Positions 47,834 to 58,106 are shown, counted from the stretch's first letter. The stretch: DNA of 64,000 nucleotides from Nitrosopumilaceae archaeon (GCA_011523285.1 WTHC01000025.1:11848-75847); one strand, 5' to 3'. Translations and numbers: made by a program. The notes: generated by a model from the sequence alone, not told the origin.

Positions 47834-48853
47834 TTGATAGATATTACAACTTTAAAAAAATATGATGCCAGTGGTATGTATAAAATATATGATAAATGGC
47901 CTGAAATTGCTAAATCTTCTTATGAATCGAATCAATGTTCTGTAGATTTAGGAAATATAGATCATATCATATTTGCTGGAATGGGTGGTTCTGGGGCTAT
48001 AGGCGATCTTTTTTCTGCCATTTTATCAAAAACTAGTATGCATGTTAGCACTGTCAAAGGATACTTGTTACCAAACACAGTAGATGAAAACACACTTGTG
48101 ATTGCCACAAGTATTTCTGGAGACACTGACGAAACTATACAAATCCTAAATTCTGCTAATAATTTAAACTGTTCAACTATTGCATTTTCATCAGGAGGAA
48201 AAATCAAAAATTATTGTGAAGAAAATAACATCAATTATAAATATGTGCCAAAGTACCATTCTGCACGCGCATCATTTGTAAATTACGTATATTCGGCCTT
48301 GCGAGTCTTAGAATCAATTATACCTATACACAAAAATGATGTTCTTGAATCAATACAAAAAATGAATCTCATTTCTAAAAATATTTCATCAAATAACCTA
48401 ACCAATAGTAACGATTCTCTTGAGTTCGCATATTGGATAACTGGAATACCTCTTATGTATTACCCATTGGGACTACAAGCTGCTGCAATTCGGTTTAAAA
48501 ATTCACTACAAGAAAATTCCAAATCTCATGCATTTATTGAAGATATCATAGAATCATGTCATAATGGAATTGTTGCGTGGGAACGTTCATCTCAATTGAA
48601 ACCAGTTTTATTGGAGGGAAAAGACGATTACATAAAAACCAAAGAACGCTGGACTATAATTAAAGAATACTTTCAAAGCCATGGAATAGAATATAAGGAA
48701 GTATTTTCAACTGATGGAAGTATCTTATCTAAATTAATTACATTGATCTACTTCTTTGATTACGTATCGATCTATTACGCAATAATTTCAAAACTGGATC
48801 CAACTCCTGTAAAATCCATAGAATTTATTAAAAATAAACTTGTTGATCAATAA
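47834..48853 (+). CDS. SIS-domain bifunctional phosphoglucose/phosphomannose isomerase
   Basis: GMGGSG, S.SG.T.ET, SSGG, RFKNSLQENSK, E..HN and DPTPV..I..IK motifs. Confidence 0.87.
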   Translation: MIDITTLKKYDASGMYKIYDKWPEIAKSSYESNQCSVDLGNIDHIIFAGMGGSGAIGDLFSAILSKTSMHVSTVKGYLLPNTVDENTLVIATSISGDTDETIQILNSANNLNCSTIAFSSGGKIKNYCEENNINYKYVPKYHSARASFVNYVYSALRVLESIIPIHKNDVLESIQKMNLISKNISSNNLTNSNDSLEFAYWITGIPLMYYPLGLQAAAIRFKNSLQENSKSHAFIEDIIESCHNGIVAWERSSQLKPVLLEGKDDYIKTKERWTIIKEYFQSHGIEYKEVFSTDGSILSKLITLIYFFDYVSIYYAIISKLDPTPVKSIEFIKNKLVDQ

Positions 48854-48904
48854 CAAATTACTAAATAATCTTTGTGTAATATGATGAACAAATCATCCAT
48901 TAGC

Positions 48905-48912
48905 CTTATATA
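48905..48912 (+). promoter_or_regulatory. TATA box (CTTATATA) of slaA
   Basis: Lies 27 nt upstream of ATG 48940 with no SD, consistent with a leaderless transcript. Confidence 0.55.
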
Positions 48913-48939
48913 TTAAAACATAAAAAAAACACCAATAAC

Positions 48940-51900
48940 ATGAATAACGAAATAATCCGTAAATTAACTAGTCTTACACTAATGACAATAATGATAGCAG
49001 GAGGACTAACATTCTCTATACCAGCAATTGTACCACAAGCAAATGCAACTAATGTTAATCTATTTGTGTCTGCAGAAAATTCGCAATTCGCGAATTATTT
49101 CGCAGGTCCAATGATTGTAGAAGTTGTAATAATTGATTCTACTATAGGCTCTACAAATACAGATGTTGGAGAACCCAATGTGACAGTAAATGGAAAGAGC
49201 TTACGTATGGCTCAAGCTACAGATGGTAATTGGTATGGTTATTTTGCAGACAAAAAACAAGCTCAAATAGCTGATGAAATACAAAGTAGTGGAGCTACTG
49301 GCAGTGGATTAGACTTTGGTGCATTTTGTAGTAACGCCACAGATATATCTAATGGTACATTCACCATTGATTTGTCTGGAAGTACAGGAATATCTGTACC
49401 TAGTGCTACTACAGGAAGCTCTCAAGGCACTGATCCAATAACAAGTGCATGTACAATCTCGCCAGGTGATACTATGAACGTATTAAGACAGGAAAAAACA
49501 TTAAATGATAATGACAATATAAGTGGTCCAGGACAAATTGATGTAAATCAAAATGCATGGCCATTTATACAGTTATATGATTTTACAGCTGGCAGTAATG
49601 TAGTTGTACAATATAACAAAGGTAACGAAGTACAAAATACTATTTTGACATTTTCATCATCATCGCAATTTGCAAGTTTGGATTTAGATAGGGCAAAATA
49701 CCCACAGGGTTCACAAGTTAATTTCACAATAACAGATCAACAATTAAATATTGATCCAACTGACATAGACTCTTGGACATTTGGTACTGAACAAAGTAAT
49801 CTGTCTACACAGTATCTGATTTTTAATAAAAATGGAGAAAATGTAGCGGATACACTTGGCGCATCTGCAAATATAAATAATTCATTAAGTGAACTAATGT
49901 TCTCTGGTAATGGTGTATTAAGTATAAATGCTGATGCACAAGGATCTGGCAATGTAATAAACATAGTAAATAATAATGATCAAATGATCATTGGCGAACA
50001 AGCTGATTCCGTCGCAACAGTAGGTGGTGCGTTGGCATCTGGAACACAACCAATAACAATCACAGAAATTGCACCAAATGCAGGTATCTTTACAAATTAT
50101 GACGAGACAAACAACGCCAATGTTGTGATAACCGAAAATGCTGATAGAGGAACATCTGCAACCATAAATTACAATGGTCCTCAAAGTGTTTTAGTTGGAT
50201 ATGGATTTGCAACAATTGATATGAATTCACCTAACGATCAATGGAGTTCAGGAGAAAAATTATCAGTTGTACTTGTAGATTCTGATGCAAATAAAAATAC
50301 TCGAGTCAACGAAACATTAAACGTAAATGATTCTAATGTATCGTTAATTCCAGCATTAAGTACAGGTGATCCATTCACACTTGGTGAATCTGGTGTAGAA
50401 AATAACACTAAAGTCAAAGCTGCATATACATCAACATCAACCATTACAAGAACAGGAAATAATAGTACAATTACAGAATTAACTGATACTGGATTAAATA
50501 CCTCAGTTATAGTACAGAAATTCAGTGAACGTGCATTGATCTCTACCAATAACATCGATTCACAAGTCGGTGGACTTGTTATAGATCTAGCCACAACAGC
50601 TGAAGAACTACGTAATTCAATACAGAATCCAAACACAGAAAAATTCAACGGTATAAATCTATTTAATTATGATATTAGTTCTATAATAGATTCAACTAAT
50701 AGTGTTGAAGTTTATTTAGTTGCTAATGCCAATGATGAAATAATAGATAATAACGTGATAGCTACACCATTGCAAGGAGTATTATTATTCAATACGAATG
50801 CACCAAAAGGATTAGTAGATCTTAGTTCTACACAATCTGGAATTCAAAACCCAGACGATGTTAATGAATTGATCTTTAGCTTAGATGATGATACATCAAT
50901 AGGCTTGTATTTCAATTTCAATGACAATGTTGAATTAAAATCAAACACAAATCCTATTGTAGCAGATTTCTTCACCTTTGGATTTAATGATGATGGTATA
51001 CAATCTAATGAAAGAATCGCAAACCAAATAATTAGATTCGAATTAACTGAAAATGGCGCTAACACAAGTACATTTGAAGGTACTGTAGAATATACAATGA
51101 TCAATCAATTGAATATTCTAAATAGCAGTACATACAATAATCTAAACACAATATCTGCAAATCCTAAGTTTATAGTAAATGAAGATTTACGTGACGACGA
51201 TGCCCCTAGAATAAATTACTATGATCTAGGTGCAGATGGTGTGTATACACAAATAGCCGATCAAAAAGAAGCTATATCACATTCAGGTATAATATCATTA
51301 GATTCTAACACGTACAAAGTAGCTGACACAGTATTAGTAACACTAGAAGATCAAGACTTAAATCAAGATAATGGCTTAATCGAGATCTATACCGTTGTAA
51401 GAAAACAAAATGATCCGGCCTTTGATACAGTGGGAACGTCTGATTTACCAGTATTAAGTTTCGGCCCATTAGGAAAACTTGTTAGCATTACTTTTGATGA
51501 CGAACTATGGGCTTCATCATCTGAAGTGATTAATGGCATGTCATGTACTGACAATGGTAATACAAATAACGATGGACTTGGATCTACAGGTTTCACATTA
51601 ATTGAAACAGGACCTTCCACAGGTATATTCGAAGGTAATTTCAAAATCCCTGAAACATATTGTGCTAGATCACAAGGAGGCAAAGTTTTGTCAGTAACTG
51701 GTACCGATATAGAAGTCAACTATTTTGATTTTAGAGACGAATCTGGAGAAATCATTGAAGTAAGTAGCGGTGCAGGAATAAGAGCACATACTGGTTCTAT
51801 AAGCTTAGACAGAACTGTGTATCCAGTACCATGGGGAGAAGTTAAAGACTTTGATAATTCAACATCATCATCACCAAATGGCCGTTCAGTATTTCCAATC

Positions 51901-54018
51901 CATGTGACTGGAATAGATGGCACATTAGATAATAGTGATAGTAATGGTAATCCATTAGCAGAAACATTAGGTAATGGTGATTTGACAATTCATGTCAGAA
52001 TCAACGATCCTGATTTCGATGTTTCATCTAGTGGTGAAGATGCAATAGAAACTGATTTGATCGGTAAAGAATACGGTCCAGTTAAAATTACTATCTCACG
52101 TGGTTCTGATGAAATGATATTAGCATATGCTGGTGGTTCTACACCTCAAACTGGTTTAATCGATGTAGATGGTAATGATATCGATGGTTCTGGAGTACTG
52201 CAACTTGGAGCAATTACAGAAATTGCACCAGATAGCGGTATTTTCGAATTAGATTTTGTTGTCAGATATACAGATGGACCAGCGTCTAGAATATGTCCAG
52301 ATACTAATGCGTATGTTGCATTAGATAATAGCATTACAACAGACTTGAATGATCCGAAAATAAGATTCGATGATGATCCAGAAGAAGGTAGTGATTTTTG
52401 TATATTACAAGGTGATATAATCACAGTAGAATATACTGATCCTACAGATGCATCAGGAGATCCAAATACTGTGACAGATTCCGCTACATTTGATTTACGT
52501 AATGGTGTACTACAATCTGATAAATCCGTCTACATAGTAGGAAGCGATCTAATCCTTACAATAATAGAACCTGACTGGGACTTAGATAATGATACTGCTG
52601 AAACATATACTTTAGATATTGTTGAATGGAGCTCTGATGCTGCAACAGTTACAATGGGCAATGCTGGTAAAAACTTAACTGCTTTTGATCCAGAACCCAC
52701 TGATTTCAGAGAGACAGGAGACAGTACAGGTATATTCCAAACAATAGTTGAAATTCCAGAAAAACTATCAGGTGATAGCTTGGAACGTGGAGAAAAGATT
52801 ACATTAGAATATACTGATTGGGGACCATCAGGCAGTGATTATGTTGGAGAAGAAGATGAAGATATTAGTATCTCTGTCTTCACATCTAATTTTGGAGCAA
52901 CAGTAGAACTTGATCAGAAAGTTTACACTTGGAATGATAAAGTCTACGTCACAATTGTTGCACCAGATCATAATTTCGATGCCAATCTAATTGATGAAAT
53001 TGGTGATTCTGACGATAATCCAATCAAAATTTCAACACGTGGAAATGATCTTAATAACTACAAGTTAGTTGAAACCGGTACTAATACAGGCATATTTACT
53101 GGAGAATTAATCCTAACAGGATTTAATTTTGATGCAGATGGTAATACAAATACCGGTGAATTTGGAACAGGTTTTGATACTAAACCAAGAACAGATGGTA
53201 CTGGACCTACAGATGGATATCTACAAGCAGATAATGATGATGGAATAACCGTTTCATTTGAATATTCTGAAGATGAAACTGTAGTTGGTTCAGCATTAGT
53301 TCGTTGGAATATAGGTGAAGTACAATGGCTTGAAGCAAGTTACCCAGCAAGTGGTAATGGTGTAGTTAGAGTAATAGATCCTGATATGAATTTGAATCCA
53401 GAAGCAGTAGATAATTTCGATGTTGACGTATGGTCTGACTCTGATTCTGGAGGCGTAGATCTTACTGTCACAGAAACTAATGAAGCTACTGGTATATTCG
53501 AAGGTACAGTATTCTTTACTACTAGTGATGAATCTTCAGGACATAGACTTCGAGTTACTGAAGGTGATACAACCACAGTAGAGTACGAAGATAATACTTT
53601 ACCAGATCCATATACTACTGCAGATGAATTAGATATCACTGCTACCACCATAATAGGTACGATAGTTCCTCCATTAGAGAGAGCTCCTGCATCTAACGCT
53701 CATATTGTTGATGCATTTGGAAACTCTTTGGACGAAGTATCTGTAGATCAACAAGTCCAAATCACTTCTGACCTAACTAATAACCAAAATCAAGAACAAC
53801 AATTTGCATATTTAGTGCAAATTCAAGATGACAATGGTGTCACCGTTTCATTAGCATGGATCACTGGTTCATTGTCTTCAGGACAAACCTTTAGCCCGGC
53901 ATTGTCATGGATACCATCTTCCACTGGAACATATACTGCAACAGCATTTGTATGGGAAAGTGTGGATAATCCTACTGCATTATCTCCAACTGTAACAGTA
54001 ACTATCAACGTGATATAA
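48940..54018 (+). CDS. slaA: S-layer protein SlaA (Nitrosopumilus Nmar_1547-like)
   Basis: MNNEI.RK.TSLTLMTIM signal peptide, LFVSAEN..F.N.F.G, strongly acidic composition, tandem Ig-like repeats and C-terminal QQFAYLVQIQD...SWIP...ALSP; 1692 aa. Confidence 0.92.
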   Translation: MNNEIIRKLTSLTLMTIMIAGGLTFSIPAIVPQANATNVNLFVSAENSQFANYFAGPMIVEVVIIDSTIGSTNTDVGEPNVTVNGKSLRMAQATDGNWYGYFADKKQAQIADEIQSSGATGSGLDFGAFCSNATDISNGTFTIDLSGSTGISVPSATTGSSQGTDPITSACTISPGDTMNVLRQEKTLNDNDNISGPGQIDVNQNAWPFIQLYDFTAGSNVVVQYNKGNEVQNTILTFSSSSQFASLDLDRAKYPQGSQVNFTITDQQLNIDPTDIDSWTFGTEQSNLSTQYLIFNKNGENVADTLGASANINNSLSELMFSGNGVLSINADAQGSGNVINIVNNNDQMIIGEQADSVATVGGALASGTQPITITEIAPNAGIFTNYDETNNANVVITENADRGTSATINYNGPQSVLVGYGFATIDMNSPNDQWSSGEKLSVVLVDSDANKNTRVNETLNVNDSNVSLIPALSTGDPFTLGESGVENNTKVKAAYTSTSTITRTGNNSTITELTDTGLNTSVIVQKFSERALISTNNIDSQVGGLVIDLATTAEELRNSIQNPNTEKFNGINLFNYDISSIIDSTNSVEVYLVANANDEIIDNNVIATPLQGVLLFNTNAPKGLVDLSSTQSGIQNPDDVNELIFSLDDDTSIGLYFNFNDNVELKSNTNPIVADFFTFGFNDDGIQSNERIANQIIRFELTENGANTSTFEGTVEYTMINQLNILNSSTYNNLNTISANPKFIVNEDLRDDDAPRINYYDLGADGVYTQIADQKEAISHSGIISLDSNTYKVADTVLVTLEDQDLNQDNGLIEIYTVVRKQNDPAFDTVGTSDLPVLSFGPLGKLVSITFDDELWASSSEVINGMSCTDNGNTNNDGLGSTGFTLIETGPSTGIFEGNFKIPETYCARSQGGKVLSVTGTDIEVNYFDFRDESGEIIEVSSGAGIRAHTGSISLDRTVYPVPWGEVKDFDNSTSSSPNGRSVFPIHVTGIDGTLDNSDSNGNPLAETLGNGDLTIHVRINDPDFDVSSSGEDAIETDLIGKEYGPVKITISRGSDEMILAYAGGSTPQTGLIDVDGNDIDGSGVLQLGAITEIAPDSGIFELDFVVRYTDGPASRICPDTNAYVALDNSITTDLNDPKIRFDDDPEEGSDFCILQGDIITVEYTDPTDASGDPNTVTDSATFDLRNGVLQSDKSVYIVGSDLILTIIEPDWDLDNDTAETYTLDIVEWSSDAATVTMGNAGKNLTAFDPEPTDFRETGDSTGIFQTIVEIPEKLSGDSLERGEKITLEYTDWGPSGSDYVGEEDEDISISVFTSNFGATVELDQKVYTWNDKVYVTIVAPDHNFDANLIDEIGDSDDNPIKISTRGNDLNNYKLVETGTNTGIFTGELILTGFNFDADGNTNTGEFGTGFDTKPRTDGTGPTDGYLQADNDDGITVSFEYSEDETVVGSALVRWNIGEVQWLEASYPASGNGVVRVIDPDMNLNPEAVDNFDVDVWSDSDSGGVDLTVTETNEATGIFEGTVFFTTSDESSGHRLRVTEGDTTTVEYEDNTLPDPYTTADELDITATTIIGTIVPPLERAPASNAHIVDAFGNSLDEVSVDQQVQITSDLTNNQNQEQQFAYLVQIQDDNGVTVSLAWITGSLSSGQTFSPALSWIPSSTGTYTATAFVWESVDNPTALSPTVTVTINVI
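50062..53514 (+). repeat. Protein-level repeats in SlaA (seven E-x4-G-I-F-like motifs, Ig-like domain repeats)
   Basis: EIAPNAGIF, ENGANTSTF, ETGPSTGIF, EIAPDSGIF, ETGDSTGIF, ETGTNTGIF and ETNEATGIF, each preceded by a D-x-D-x-N/D-type loop. Degenerate at the DNA level; boundaries are approximate. Confidence 0.7.
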
Positions 54019-54039
54019 TCACAGACTAGTCAAATACCC

Positions 54040-54047
54040 TTTTTTTT
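54040..54047 (+). terminator. Oligo-T terminator of slaA
   Basis: T8 starts 22 nt after the stop codon and is preceded by the palindrome GACTAGTC (54024-54031). Confidence 0.5.
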
Positions 54048-54090
54048 ATTTAGTAGAATAAATATATGGTATAATGATTTTGTATCTATC

Positions 54091-55065
54091 TTGAAGTTCA
54101 TAATTATAATAATGATTTGTTGTATTGTATTCTTAGATCAAATGGTGTTTGCAGATAACTTAGAATTGTTTACTAACAATCAAATATATGTAGAATCGGA
54201 TTTGTTATTTGTATATGGTAACGGACTGCCAAATGAAAATCTGATAATTCGATTATTTAATCCAGACGGTACTATCTCTAAATTTGATCAAATAGAAACT
54301 GATTCTAATGGTTATTTTCATCATATCTTATTAGTTTGGCCTAAAACATCAAATAAGTTTCCATATGGTGTGTATGATATAGAAGTCACAAGCACAGAAC
54401 AAAATGGATTATCTAATCATGTTAGTATAAAATTCTCAGAATCTGCACAACAGATAACTATTCCAATCCAACATCAAATTAATGCAACTATTTTTGCTCC
54501 AGATTCCACTGCTGTAGATAATACTATTCGTATTTTCTCCCAAATCACTAGTGATGGAATGCTTATTAGTACTAGCCCTGATAAACTGTTGAATAATTCT
54601 CATGTGCATTTGCCTTCTGGACAAGTAGTTAGTCTTGCGTCAGAATTTCATACATTGCATCAAGGGTTATATTTTGCTGATTATGTGCCAAAACAAACAG
54701 GTACTTATGTATTTCATATTATTACATTTTATAACGGTTTAATATCTCATAATTCTGCAGCTACCACTGTATACGCACAAGATATAAGTAGTATTTCAAA
54801 TCAGCTCGTGAATTTGGATGCTGTACTAAATAGAACATCTGATGAATTAAATAAATTACAACATAATACATATAATTTTGGTATTGCCCTTGATACTGCT
54901 AATACCAATATAGACGAAAGTGTAATATCTATATCAAAGTCAGTGAATAACATAGAAGAAGCATCTATTCAACTGAATTCGTTATTATTTCCCATCATTT
55001 TATTCATCGCTATAATAATAGCATTACAGATCGCTATGTTGGCACGACATCGTCATTTTGATTAA
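54091..55065 (+). CDS. Secreted protein with C-terminal coiled coil and TM anchor (SlaB-like)
   Basis: Signal peptide, two beta-rich domains, a heptad-like helix, a TM helix (LLFPIILFIAIIIALQIAML) and a basic tail; directly after slaA. Confidence 0.7.
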   Translation: MKFIIIIMICCIVFLDQMVFADNLELFTNNQIYVESDLLFVYGNGLPNENLIIRLFNPDGTISKFDQIETDSNGYFHHILLVWPKTSNKFPYGVYDIEVTSTEQNGLSNHVSIKFSESAQQITIPIQHQINATIFAPDSTAVDNTIRIFSQITSDGMLISTSPDKLLNNSHVHLPSGQVVSLASEFHTLHQGLYFADYVPKQTGTYVFHIITFYNGLISHNSAATTVYAQDISSISNQLVNLDAVLNRTSDELNKLQHNTYNFGIALDTANTNIDESVISISKSVNNIEEASIQLNSLLFPIILFIAIIIALQIAMLARHRHFD

Positions 55066-55218
55066 TTCATTTTAATGTCATCTAACTCATTAATTAACAT
55101 GTATATATTATAAGAAATGTATTCCAGCAATAAAAATATATAATAGTCTGATAAAAGTTATTTTTTTAACGAAATCCATACCAATATCAATTTTATACAC
55201 GAAATACCTTAGATAAAG

Positions 55219-55226
55219 TTTATAAA
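55219..55226 (+). promoter_or_regulatory. BRE/TATA (GATAAAG-TTTATAAA) of the complex III operon
   Basis: Lies 24 nt before ATG 55251, which supports that start over GTG 55242. Confidence 0.55.
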
Positions 55227-55250
55227 CAATTTTTCAAGTACGTGAGCTAC

Positions 55251-55868
55251 ATGACAAATAGTGATAATAATAATAAAAATGAAGATAAATCATTATCACG
55301 TAGAGATTTTTTGAAACTTTTAGGTGCAGCTGGAACTGCTTTGGCATTTACGCCTTTTGTACCTTGGGGTAATTATATGCCCAACCCATCAGCGGCAAAT
55401 TTAGAAAAAGTTAAAGTTATTCTTCCAGACGGTACACAAGCTAATGTTAATACTTTCCCAATAAACCATGCTGAGGTTATTACTTATCCAAGTACTGGTG
55501 ATAGAGTTTTAGATGAAGAAGCTTTTAGAAAGTGGCAATTTATAAGATTACCAAAGAAATTAGGTGGAGAAAAAAATGATGTAAGTTCATTTAGAGCATA
55601 TAGTATGGTATGTCTTCATTTATGGTGTTTGTGGAAATATTGGCCTGAAGAAGGACGTATGAGAGGAGAATGCCCTTGTCATGGAAGTATGTATGATCCA
55701 ATGACTGGTAAAGCATTTGCTGGACCTGCCTCTCTACAAGCAGCTCCATCTAACACACTGGCAAAATTAGATTTAGAAGCTGATAATGATGGTTTTCTAT
55801 GGATATTGCCACCTGAATGGGGCGTTAATAACAATGGAGTAGTTGGATATGGCCGTTTCATTAAGTAG
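55251..55868 (+). CDS. petC: Rieske [2Fe-2S] protein of complex III
   Basis: Tat signal SRRDFLK; Rieske boxes CLHLWC and CPCHGS. Confidence 0.95.
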   Translation: MTNSDNNNKNEDKSLSRRDFLKLLGAAGTALAFTPFVPWGNYMPNPSAANLEKVKVILPDGTQANVNTFPINHAEVITYPSTGDRVLDEEAFRKWQFIRLPKKLGGEKNDVSSFRAYSMVCLHLWCLWKYWPEEGRMRGECPCHGSMYDPMTGKAFAGPASLQAAPSNTLAKLDLEADNDGFLWILPPEWGVNNNGVVGYGRFIK

Positions 55869-57240
55869 ACGTACTGGATTAGTGTCATTTCTTTATTGGA
55901 TTTGGGATGGATTAGAAAGAACAGTTTTTACAGCAGTCAAGTTTTCATTTCCTGCAAGATTTGTAAGCCCATTTGGATTTCTTGGGATGTTAACATTTGT
56001 AGTATTTGTGATTCTTGGCATATCTGGTGCTTTACTTATGTTTTATTATCAGCCTATACTAGATCGAGCATGGGACAGCGTTCAATTCATTAATGATGAA
56101 GTTCCTTTTGGATTTCATATACGAAACATTCATTATCATGCGTCCAACGCAATGGTCCTGCTAGCTATATTGCATATGTATTATCAATATTTTAGCGGTC
56201 GATATAAAATTAGAAATGAAATCTTATGGGTGACTGGAGTTATATTAGGGACTGTAACAATTTTGGAAGCTTTTACAGGATATGATGTAATATTTAGTGA
56301 ACGTGCAGAATTGGCTATAAGTATTGCAGCTTCATTAACAAATTCAATACCAATAATAGGACCTACAGTCCGTGATGCTATGTTTGGATCTGGTTTTTCA
56401 GATTTCGTTCTTAGATTTTATGCGCAACATGTATTTATTTTACCAATAGTAATGTTGGGATTAATGGCAGTTCATTTTCCACGCTTCTTGGTATTTGATG
56501 TGCCTATGGTTACTGCTATTGCTGGTGCTATACTGATAACAGGTGGTGTTTTTCCAATAGATCTTGGATTCAAATTTGAACCTACTGTTCCACCAGGTAT
56601 AACAGTTCCAGAATGGTATCTTACAGGACTTTATTCATTTTTAAGAACACAATATGATAAATTTGTTACTGGTGTGCTTTGGCCTGGATTATTTATATTA
56701 TCATTGTTAATTATACCATTTGTAGATAGATATAAGAAATTTTCATGGAAAGATCGACCTATAGTGACTGCTTTTGGAATCACTGGTATAGCACAAATAA
56801 TGGTTACTACTTATTGGGGATTCTATATACCATCTGATACTACAATACCGCTAGTAGAAAGATTAGTTATAGATCCTGTATTCTTATACCTGGTGATGAT
56901 CTTATTGGTGCCTTTGGGATTTGGATTTAGTTATATGATGATTAAAATGGCCCAAGAAGCAGAACGAAAATCAAAATTAGCAAAACAAAACGCCCCTAAA
57001 AAAGTTGCCACGATAAATATATCTCAACAGTGGATCAATTGGATAATAATTGCCCTCATCATATTTCAAGTATTCTTGAATATAGCAGCATATAATGCTG
57101 TACTAACTGGAATGAAGAACATTTCATTATTCTTCACAGGTCTTATTTTGATCGTTTTCGCTGCTCTATTTCATGTTTATAGATACGGCCTAGGCGAATC
57201 CAAGAAATCAATTGCGCTTCAACAAAACACAAATCCATGA
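55849..57240 (+). CDS. petB: Cytochrome b/b6 of complex III
   Basis: ISGALL.FYY.P, RNIHYHASN, RFYAQHVF and PEWY motifs, with extra C-terminal TM helices. ATG 55849 preferred over TTG 55843. Confidence 0.95.
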   Translation: MAVSLSRRTGLVSFLYWIWDGLERTVFTAVKFSFPARFVSPFGFLGMLTFVVFVILGISGALLMFYYQPILDRAWDSVQFINDEVPFGFHIRNIHYHASNAMVLLAILHMYYQYFSGRYKIRNEILWVTGVILGTVTILEAFTGYDVIFSERAELAISIAASLTNSIPIIGPTVRDAMFGSGFSDFVLRFYAQHVFILPIVMLGLMAVHFPRFLVFDVPMVTAIAGAILITGGVFPIDLGFKFEPTVPPGITVPEWYLTGLYSFLRTQYDKFVTGVLWPGLFILSLLIIPFVDRYKKFSWKDRPIVTAFGITGIAQIMVTTYWGFYIPSDTTIPLVERLVIDPVFLYLVMILLVPLGFGFSYMMIKMAQEAERKSKLAKQNAPKKVATINISQQWINWIIIALIIFQVFLNIAAYNAVLTGMKNISLFFTGLILIVFAALFHVYRYGLGESKKSIALQQNTNP

Positions 57241-57294
57241 TCTGTGTTTCCAAAAATTAAAATTTATAAGACTATCATACAGTATAATGACAGA

Positions 57295-57759
57295 TTGAGT
57301 TCTGTTGTTACTAACCATGCTTACGGTATAGGTGTTGTGTCTATAGTAATAGGATTGTCTTTTGGACTACTTTATTATCAGATGTACTATCTTCCTGAAT
57401 CTCTTGCTAAACCAACAGTTTCACATGAGATATTAGAACCTGTTAAAAACACGATAATTGAAATGATTGTTGGTTCTTCTAGTCCTGAACAACAAGATAA
57501 TTTTGTACCAAAATTGGTTAACATCCAACTTGGTATAGATAATCATACAATCTGGAATAATGTAGACGATACTCCGCATACAGTAACTCCAGATCATCGA
57601 GAATCTGATTCTTACAGTGGGGAATTTGGATCTAGTGGAGTAATAAAACCTGGCGACTCGTATGAATTCATATTTACTGAAGAACATGAATTTGAATACC
57701 ATTGTGACCCGCATCCATGGATGACTGGCAAAGTCATAGTTACGAAACAAAGATTTTAA
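57295..57759 (+). CDS. Membrane-anchored plastocyanin-like cupredoxin of complex III
   Basis: TM helix, N.D..PHTVT and YHCDPHPWMTG type-1 Cu site. The in-frame TTG at 57295 is preferred over GTG 57244. Confidence 0.9.
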   Translation: MSSVVTNHAYGIGVVSIVIGLSFGLLYYQMYYLPESLAKPTVSHEILEPVKNTIIEMIVGSSSPEQQDNFVPKLVNIQLGIDNHTIWNNVDDTPHTVTPDHRESDSYSGEFGSSGVIKPGDSYEFIFTEEHEFEYHCDPHPWMTGKVIVTKQRF

Positions 57760-58106
57760 ATAAATTTAGCCCATGTTACATCTTCAGTAATTTCTTTATT
57801 TTGTTCTATTATACACACTCTAAATTTTACATCATGAATTTTATTTGGTTTGAATTTTATCATTGCAACAAATTTTATAGTGTTATCTGAGATTGTTTTA
57901 TAATTTATGAATATTCTTGAAGATTTTTTTTGTACAATGGATTTATTATTACATGTTAAAAACTCCACAAATTCATTCGAATCAAATATCTGTGTGTTAA
58001 TTATCACTCCATCATATTTATCTGGATAATTTATTGTTATGACACCTATAATCTTTGTATTCTGTTTAATTTCTACATCATTTAATTCTAATCTAATCCA
58101 TTTCAT
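57756..58106 (-). CDS. Hypothetical beta-rich protein
   Basis: 116-aa ORF with an ATG start and typical composition. Confidence 0.6.
   Translation of the reverse strand: MKWIRLELNDVEIKQNTKIIGVITINYPDKYDGVIINTQIFDSNEFVEFLTCNNKSIVQKKSSRIFINYKTISDNTIKFVAMIKFKPNKIHDVKFRVCIIEQNKEITEDVTWAKFI

Noticed and set aside
49737..54008. Series of antisense ORFs within slaA
   Set aside because: They are shadow ORFs caused by the codon bias of the sense strand, giving S/V/L-rich mirror translations with no independent signals.
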